Assembly: GCF_006345805.1 (NCBI RefSeq)
Contig: NC_043013.1
Location: 20,398,001 to 20,462,000, forward strand
Source of the DNA: Octopus sinensis
Taxonomy: Eukaryota
Direction: 5' to 3'
Length of the DNA stretch: 64,000 nt
The notes beneath the pieces were generated by a model. It saw only the letters and a list, made by a program, of their open reading frames with translations. It made no database searches and was not told where the DNA came from. Shown in pieces: positions 55,320-64,000 of the stretch; position 1 is the first letter of the stretch; each line of letters starts with the position of its first letter. The position numbers and the translations under genes were made by a program.

Positions 55320-55717
55320 TATGGTTCCCAGTTCAAATTGGGCAAGGGTCCTCTACTACAGCTTCGAACCGACCAAAGCCTTGTGAGTGGATTTGGTAAA
55401 CGGAAACTGAAAAGAAACGTCTTGTATATATATATATATATATATACGTATGTATATATATATATATATATATATATACGTATGTATGTATATATATATA
55501 TGTATGTATATATATGTGTGTATGTGTTTGTCTCCCCACCATAGCTTGACAAGAAATGTTGGTGTGTTTACGTCTCCAGAACTAAGCAGTTCGGTGAAAG
55601 ATAGCGATAGAATAAGTACAAGGCTTACAAAGAATAAGTCCTGTGGTCGATTTGTTCGACTAAAGGCGGTACTCCAGTATGGCCACAGTCAGAAATGACT
55701 GACACAAGTAAAAGAAT
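55320..55717 (+). mobile_element. SINE family B, 5'-damaged
   Basis: GACCAAAGCCTTGTGAGTGGATTTGGT core and GGCGGTACTCCAGTATGGCCACAGTC..TGACTG tail. Confidence 0.85.
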
Positions 55718-56655
55718 ATGTATATATTATACACACAAACACAAACACACATATATATATATACAGACACAAATATATATACTCACACACACACACATAT
55801 AAATGCAAACGATTAGATCAGGTAGAACCTTATATCGACAACCTAAAAAACAACCAAATCAAAAAAAATGTTGAGATCAAGATGAAAGCAAAAAAAAAAA
55901 AAAAGAAAAAACATCCTTGAAAGCTAAAAAAAACCCTGTAAGACCAAAACAAAAACAGCTCGGCAGAGGATATACTAAAATCTTACAAAACGACCAACAT
56001 GTGATAAATAAAATAAATGTTAAAATCATCTGACAATTTTAAAGAAGACGTCAACAAAAATCGGGAAAGGGTGACAAAAGTAATTTGTTATGATGGATAG
56101 AGAGATGAATATAATACGAAACTAAGTAATTTACTCAGAGGCAAAAAAAAAAAAAAAACATTCATGGAGATCAAGAAAAGTAACACTTAATGGAGGTGAG
56201 GTTAGTCAATAACACCGATCCCGATCCGTAACTGGTACTTGTCTTATCAACCCTGATTGGATGGATGGCAAAGTCGAACTCGGAGGAATTTGAATTCAGA
56301 TCATAAGACTGGACGAAATGCTGCTAAGCGTTTCGCCGTGGACACCAAAAATTCTACGAGATAGCCTTTTGCTATATAAGTGACTTCTGCCGATCACTAA
56401 TAAGAAAATATATATTAGCACAGGCGAGGCTCTATGATAGGAAGCTTGATTCCCAGCCAAGCTGTTCCAGGATCAGGCCCACTGCGTGGCACCATCGACA
56501 TGTCTTTTACTAAAGCCTGTGTGTATGTAAGTGGGAGTGTGTATATGCGTAGTTTTCCTATCTGTATCACAAAATGTATATATATATATATATATATATA
56601 TGAAAAAATAAGTGAAGATAGAAAATGCTAAAATAATTTTATAAAGAAATGTTTT

Positions 56656-57154
56656 TATTTTTTCATTTCGTTCCTGTCGTATTTTATCCCTAATTTTTGT
56701 GATTATGGAACCTAGCTGTTCTTTCTAACGTGTTGAAATGTTCTTTAAAATTTTCTATCTTGACTTATTTTTTCATATATATCAACTCGTGTGTTCTTTT
56801 TCATCCTTATACATACGTATATATACATATCAAAGGGAAATGGAAAATTAATTAAAATTTTCACCTCCAGTGGCCTAACGTGTAAAAAAAATTAGTCCCA
56901 AAACACTATGAATTAGTCATAATATATAGTGTACATTTAAACACATAAGGAATCCACTCGTGGGATTCAACACGTTAGAAAGAACAGCTAGGTTCCATAA
57001 CCACAAAATTAGGGATAAAATTCGACAGGAACGAAATGAAAAAATACAAACATTTAACCATCAAGTTATGTGGTTATGGAACCTAGCTGTTCTTTCTAAC
57101 GTGTTGAATTCCACGAGTGGATTCCTTATGTGTTTAAATGTACACTATATATTA
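56656..57154. repeat. Overlapping inverted duplications
   Basis: 56656-56737 is inverted to 56966-57046, and 56920-57005 is inverted to 57069-57154. Confidence 0.85.
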
Positions 57155-57173
57155 CACACACACACACACACAT

Positions 57174-57205
<32 letters not shown>

Positions 57206-57211
57206 GAAAAC

Positions 57212-58148
57212 CAGCTTAGAGAAGAAGAAGAAACGAAACGAAACCAAACGAATCGAATCGAATCGACGCAAAGGCGCTCAGTCATACAATAGTGTAATAA
57301 ATAAAATATATGCATACATACAAACATATATGTACGTACCTACATCTACATGTATATATACATGCATATATAAATATATATACGTGTGTACAGGTGGCGC
57401 TCATCGATTCGATTCGATTCGTTTGGTTTCGTTTCGTTTCTTCTTCTTCTCTAAGCTGTTTTTTATATATAATTATGACGCGAAACTCCATAACTCCTTC
57501 TTCTCTCTTTCTTTCACCCTCTTTTGCTTCCTTCCTCTCTATCTCTCTCTCTCACTCCTCCTCATCTCTCTCACAGCCGGGTCTACGAACTTCCTTTCGC
57601 CGGCGGCCTTATTCAAGAAAACATGTTTCTTCCTACGCTCGTGAAAAATTTTTTCCTCGTCTAGGCTTATAGGCCCTCTTTATTTGTTTTTCTGTCCTGT
57701 TTCTATTCCTTCTTGTACTGTATTTCTTGTAATTGTATTTTTATTTTGTATTTGTTTTTAATTGTATTGTTTTTACATCCTGCTTTTGTCACATTTTTTT
57801 TCCTTGTTTTTACCCCTCTGCAAAGGAATTTTATTTAATTCTTTCGCAGGAAGGATTAGTTCGACGAGACGTGTTCTGTCCTCACCTTCGAAACACGCTG
57901 GAGTTGAACTTGGGACGGCTGATGAAGGGGATTTTCCTTGTGTAGTTGTCTTGTACTCTGTTTTTTCGTTGTTAAAGGAAACCAAACGAATGCTGTTTTT
58001 ACGTTTTCGTTTTTCGTTGAGTTCTACGTCTATTTGTGGTGTCCTGTACACACGTATATATATTTATATATGCATGTATATATACATGTAGATGTAGGTA
58101 TGTACATATATGTTTGTATGTATGCATATATTTTATTTATTACACTAT
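57212..58148. mobile_element. pLTR-like element preceded by an inverted copy of its end-to-start junction
   Basis: 57212-57266 is the reverse complement of 57404-57458; 57289-57394 is the near reverse complement of 58043-58148. Confidence 0.75.
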
Positions 58149-58166
58149 ATATATATGTGTGTATGT

Positions 58167-58395
58167 GGAGGCGCAATGGCCCAGTGGTTAGGGCAGCGGA
58201 CTCGCGGTTGTAGGACCGGCAGGGGGTGGTGTTGATCCCTGCTGTTCTCTTTCACCACAACTTTCTCTCACTCTTTCTTCTGTTGGCTTGCTCGCTTAGC
58301 CAGCGGGGTGGCGTCATTTGAAGGCTAAAACAATGCGAAGCGCATTGTGACCAGCGATGTGTAGCAACATCTGATAGCCTGGTCGGTCACGGTGA
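58167..58395 (+). mobile_element. SINE family C with internal deletion (B box lost)
   Basis: Same head and tail as 14281-14586; ~80 bp missing after GTAGGA. Confidence 0.9.
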
Positions 58396-58422
58396 TATAT
58401 ATATAACATTAGATTAGATTAG

Positions 58423-58458
<36 letters not shown>

Positions 58459-59534
58459 ACATATGTATGTATGCATGTATATATGAATGTACATATGTAT
58501 ATATGTGTATATGACTGTGTGTGTATATATGTATTTTCGCTTGTATGCGTATGCATGTATGCCTATATATATGTTCTACTATCAAAACTGTTCAAACATC
58601 TAATACCAGCACTTGCAAGTATTATATTTAAACTAAGTTTAAGCATAATGCTCGCCAAACTTTGAAGAATTCAATGAGAAGAAAAGTAGAAGAAAGTGAA
58701 AGTGGAGGTAGCAGCAGATAAAAGAGTTGTCCAAAGATATATTGGTATATAATTTATTTTTAAAGGAAAGAACTTTCTGAAATGTTTCATTATAATCTCA
58801 TCCATTTCAGCTGTCTCCAGTCTGTGACTGAAATTAGGAATCGTTCTAGAAGATGGTGCCGTAAAAGCTGACACTTTGGAAAGAACAAATCGGGAAAGAA
58901 AACTTAAGCTTACTGACGCACCTTGCCTACCTCTGTACACGTCTACCTGAGGAACTGTTGCACACAGACACAGACACAGACACACACACACACACACCAC
59001 ACACACACACACAGTGCGTTATATAGAATACTGAATAGCTAAACTGCAGGAGTGAAAACGTCACTACTACTACTACTACTACTACTACCACACACATACA
59101 CACACACTCACACACATACACACACACACAAACGCACACACACACATGCACACGCAGGTATATGAAGGTAGACACTCACTTACATACAGAAATACAGGTG
59201 TATATACACCGATGTATATATTTATAGTTTATCAGTATATTACATGTATATTACACATACACACATACACACACATATTTCATGTATATTACACACACAC
59301 ATGTCTATGTATGTAAGTATATGTGTGTGTGTGTGTGTGTGTTTGCATATGTATCACTACGTGCACACATATACACACTTCTATATGGAAGTAAATTTTA
59401 AAATCTATTCATAAATGTATAATATATATACGTACGAAAATACATACATATCTATCTATCTATCTATCTATCTATATGCATATATATTTGTATATATATG
59501 TATATACATATATATATACATATATATAAATACA

Positions 59535-59574
<40 letters not shown>

Positions 59575-60066
59575 TATTATCATATATATATATATTATGT
59601 TATTATTATTATTTTTTTGCAATTTACTTAATCTTTGACATTTGATTGTTATTTTAATGTTAATATTTCTATTTATGTAATTTTCTGGATGGTGTAATTT
59701 AATAGTTCATTTTGAATTGATAAAAGGTGGTTTTTTACTAATTTTTTATATATATGTATATATATATATATACTCACACACGCACGCACACTCACATGCA
59801 CGACTTTGCACAGTACAAACACACACATGACGTCGTGTGAGTTAACGTACGTTATTGCGTTTTAACCACCAGAGAGGAATGTGGGTTTTGAACTCCTACA
59901 GCTGAAACTGACGTCTCTTTTATCATAGCAGTTTAACAAGAACGCATTCTAGAAGTCGTTTCGTCTGATTCAACTGACATTCCCCAAACCGAAAACAATT
60001 CATTTGCTTCCTTGCATTTCCACCCCTTCTACATCCCTTTATGTTGTTTACACGACAATACCTTCA

Positions 60067-60097
60067 TACAACAACAACAACAATAATAATAATAATG

Positions 60098-60130
<33 letters not shown>

Positions 60131-60137
60131 TAATATA

Positions 60138-60168
<31 letters not shown>

Positions 60169-60250
60169 TAATAATATAATAATATAATAATAATAATAAT
60201 AATATAATAATAATAAATAATAATAATATAATATAATAATAATGATAATA

Positions 60251-60324
<74 letters not shown>

Positions 60325-60341
60325 TCAATAATAATAATATA

Positions 60342-60372
<31 letters not shown>

Positions 60373-60380
60373 TAATAATA

Positions 60381-60416
<36 letters not shown>

Positions 60417-60501
60417 TAATAATAATAATAATAATAATAATATAATATAATAATAATGATAATAATAATAATTAATAATAATAATAATTAATAATAATAA
60501 T

Positions 60502-60575
<74 letters not shown>

Positions 60576-60592
60576 TAATAATAATAATAATA
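60067..60592. repeat. ~525-bp (AAT)n tract
   Basis: Direct reading. Confidence 0.95.
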
Positions 60593-60855
60593 TTTTCTAT
60601 AATAGAATCACTTAGCTACAACCGACAATTTTGTTTCGTGCAAAGGATTTTTAGCAAATAACTCCAAGGATATGAAAATGTATTCAGAACTTACGTGCAT
60701 GGGTGTATGTGTGTGTGTGTGTGTGTGAGTATGTGTGTGTGTGTGTGTGTGTAATCATATTTACATATCTTTATATATGTGCATATATTTCGATAGACAT
60801 GATGTAGTTCTTTGTCTATCTTACCTTTAAATAATATTTTTTGCACTCTGCATAG

Positions 60856-61065
60856 AATTACACAAAGAAACGCATTGTTTCCTCAAAAATATACAAGACT
60901 AGTTTAAAGTGCACAGGGAAGAATGGTATTGCGATATTCATGCCATGCTTTCTCTTGGACATTAATGGCACAAATAAAGCGAATGATTTTGCCCTGGTAA
61001 CCGAAATAAGCTTCGGTATTGTCTTTTCGTATATAAGTGTGAACAATATTTGTCTGGACATAAAG
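60856..61065 (+). CDS. Candidate exon NYTKKRIVSSKIYKTSLKCTGKNG...ICLDIK
   Basis: Acceptor TTTTTTGCACTCTGCATAG|; only the phase-0 frame is open (70 codons). Donor AAG|GTGATA, or CTG|GTAACC at 60996. Confidence 0.45.
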
Positions 61066-62203
61066 GTGATATACATTTGAATTGTATATGAAACTATGAA
61101 ATGGCAGAATCGTTATCACGCCGAACATAGCGACATTTCTTCTGGCTGTTTACGTTCTGGCTACAAATTCCTTCGAGATCGACTTTGCTTTCATCTTTTC
61201 TAGGTCGATGAAATAATACCAGTTGAGCACTGGATCAGATGTGAATGACTATTCCCGTACCAAATTTCAGGTCTAGGAATGTTTTAGATGTAGCTGAAGT
61301 TAAATAAGAGATTAATAGCTCACTTTACCATCTGATATTATTTACTGTCCTTACCGAGGGAATCTATATTTGGTCACTCAGTCTGCTAGATATATCAAGG
61401 AAATCCACTTCAAATCGTGTGTTATCGTCTTAAAAAAAACAAAGAAAAGCATATACACCTTTTTGATCATAAGTCCGCTTGACTAGAGCGGCTTGCGGTT
61501 AAAAAATAACAACTAAACTAGCGACGAGTCTAGTCTACGTGATCGTTTGACCTGTTAGGAAAAAAACAGCCTGATCACTTTCAAATAACATCCAACATAT
61601 ATTGGATAATGTAGTTCTGGAAAGAAATAAAATAAAGAGAAGTAAAAACTTCCAAGAGGGTTCTGATTAAGATATGGGTTACAGTTTAAGTTATATGAGA
61701 ATGAAATAAATGACTTTCTTATCAAACATTTTATTTGGTCCCCTCTCAACGAAACAACACTATGCTGGGGTTCCCACAACAAAGACCACATTTTTCCTCA
61801 CATCAAACCTAAGTCCAGGATATAATACAGATCTTCTTTGTCAAAGAGGAAGGCTAAACACATTTCAAGACTAAACGGAAAATATAGGAATAAAGCAAAT
61901 AGAAATGACTTCGTTGCTTAAATTAGTTCAGAAATCGTCTTGTATATCTTCATAGAATATTAGATCGTTGGGACATTTCCTGAAGATCTCAGCTCTGGTC
62001 ATGTTGATCATGTTGATAAATACATACCAGTAGTGAATCTTCCATTTTTTTATCCGGGTATTGTGCATCTAGGACTACATTGACTAATGCGCTCTTCCTT
62101 GTAGCTGATTAGCCATCCCAAAATCCAGCATACCTATGATTAATGTCCTTTCAGATATGATAATCCCATCTATTATTTAGACACCGTATATCTAGGATTT
62201 TGT

Positions 62204-62461
62204 GAAGGCGCGTGGCTTAGTGGTTAGGCTGTTGCACTCACGACCACTAGATAGTTGGTTCGATTCCCTGAATGAGCGGCACGTTGTGTTCTTGGGCAAA
62301 TCACTTCATTTCACATTGCTCCAGTCTCCCTTCACTCAAGGGTATTGCTGGCCTTCTCGCCTAGCCAGTGGGGTTGCGTCATTTGAAGGCTAAAACAAAG
62401 CAAAAGTGCATTGTGACCAGCGATGTAAACATCTGATAGCCTGGTCGGTCACGTGATCACG
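62204..62461 (+). mobile_element. Mosaic SINE: family D-like head/CORE with family C tail
   Basis: GGCGCGTGGCTTAGTGGTTAGG...GTTGTGTTCTTGGGCAAATCACTT, then GCGTCATTTGAAGGCTAAAACAA...GGTCGGTCACGTGATCACG. Confidence 0.75.
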
Positions 62462-64000
62462 TATGATGTCTCGGATAACATTATTTAATATGTCATTTCT
62501 TATTGATGGTTAATCTCATATCGTTCATCACGCAAGAGATCTAAGATCAATATACTTCCAGTCTTGACCATCCTGTCTTTTTTTAAAGATATTCTGTATC
62601 TCGGACAACACTGTCCAATATGTCTTTTACCCATTTAAGACGGAAAGGTGAAATGTGAGGCAGACTTATCTGCTGCTTCTTGCAATTGAAACTACCTCAT
62701 AATATCCTCACGGTGCGTCGCCTTGACATGGTTTCATATCCTGGCGGAGATCATTTCCTCTCGATTACGTAACAAAGGACGAGAAAGAAGTGAGAACACT
62801 TGAAGCTGTTGTTATTTGTCGATGAAGAAATTAAAGACGCCATGTTTTGCTGCTAAGATTCTCCTTAATCTCACAAAATAAACATGAAACGCAATGAAAC
62901 AAGAGCGAGGTGTAAAATTAATGTTTAGTCATCACTTCTTATTGTGTGTACAAATGAAATTGTTGTTTGTTAACAGCCAATGATTAAATATTGAAATATT
63001 TTAATATCTTAAATAGCATCGTGTTTTACAAACTAAAATAAACTGACGCAACAGCAATCTAATTTATGGTGGAAGGAACCGGCCCTGTGGTTAAGCTAAT
63101 ATATTGTACTTAAGCTGGTGTTAGTGTTGTAAGTGTAGAACTATATTTGAAGAGAGCATAAAATTATTAATTTGATGCTTAATTCTGGTGAAGAGAGACA
63201 GGCGAGTCAACTCTGATATTTAGACTAAGTAAAATTAAGACAAAATAGAAAATGGGCATGCAGTGGGAAGAGAGTTTGATTTTGGTGTCGCAATGATAAT
63301 AAACGACGTGTTTCAAACTTATTAAACCTCCTCGGAGAAGGATAGTCTTACTTCTATTTTCAGCTCAATCCGTACAGTTTAGCGACTGATAATAGTTATA
63401 CTTGACAAGAGCTGGCTGACCTTGGGCTACTACAGCAACAGCATCAGCGGTTATTGTAACATTAACGAGGGTTGTAATGTTGGAAGGAATATGGCTGTGA
63501 ACAAAGAACACTCCAATACTTTATTCTTAAAAACTGAAAAAGATGAATTATTCTGCGAGTCCAGTAATCCACTCGCAATATGTAAAGGATTTCAAAAATA
63601 TTGAGCTGCTCATACGTTTTAACTGAAATCACATCGAGGATCATTCAATGAACCCTAAATATCCCAGATATCATTTTCGTCCTATCAGTGCATTCTGAGA
63701 GCTGGCTCTTTCACTCGTCCCAGGATTACATCTTCTAGCAAATTATCGCCAAATTTACTGGAAAGCACTGCCTTCTACACCCTCATCTTTCTTTCTAAGT
63801 GGAATTGAAAAAGTCGACGAGTTTTTGGCCCTCTAGAGACGAGTGCTCTTTCAGCTGTCTCTACCATAGAACCACTTTTGCTATAGCCTTCAGCTGAGAA
63901 GAGAAGGCAGTTTTACTCCTGCCAGAAAAAACACAACTGTCTTCCCTTCACGCCTAAAAGAAAGTATCACAGGGATTTTTCACGATAGACTCGCCCGAGA

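Noticed and set aside
63420-64000. Possible Tx1/L1-like LINE relics or a further exon
   Set aside because: Only faint peptide resemblance across multiple stops; not supportable without a profile search.

Overview
This is AT-rich, repeat-saturated animal DNA. The SINE families and microsatellite load suggest a coleoid cephalopod, probably Octopus; that is an inference, not a database match. Almost all listed ORFs are translations of (TA)n, (CA)n, (TCTA)n, (AAT)n or (AAG)n tracts. Recognisable mobile content: four tRNA-headed SINE families in many copies; relics of piggyBac, Tigger/pogo and three Tc1/mariner lineages (DD34E, DD36E, DD37D); CR1-, RTE- and R4-type LINE fragments; and Penelope-like remnants. 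Several Penelope-type ends carry hammerhead ribozyme motifs. One is fully canonical (55001-55098) and others sit in palindromes with a motif on each strand. Three unique, splice-bounded segments (23363-23516, 41389-41495, 60856-61065) join in phase into one stop-free reading frame, a candidate host gene with ~18-19 kb introns that I cannot name. The youngest SINE family forms head-to-tail multimers with a fixed junction. A second SINE family shares a covarying 3' stem-loop with a CR1-type LINE in the same window. There is one 100-N assembly gap.
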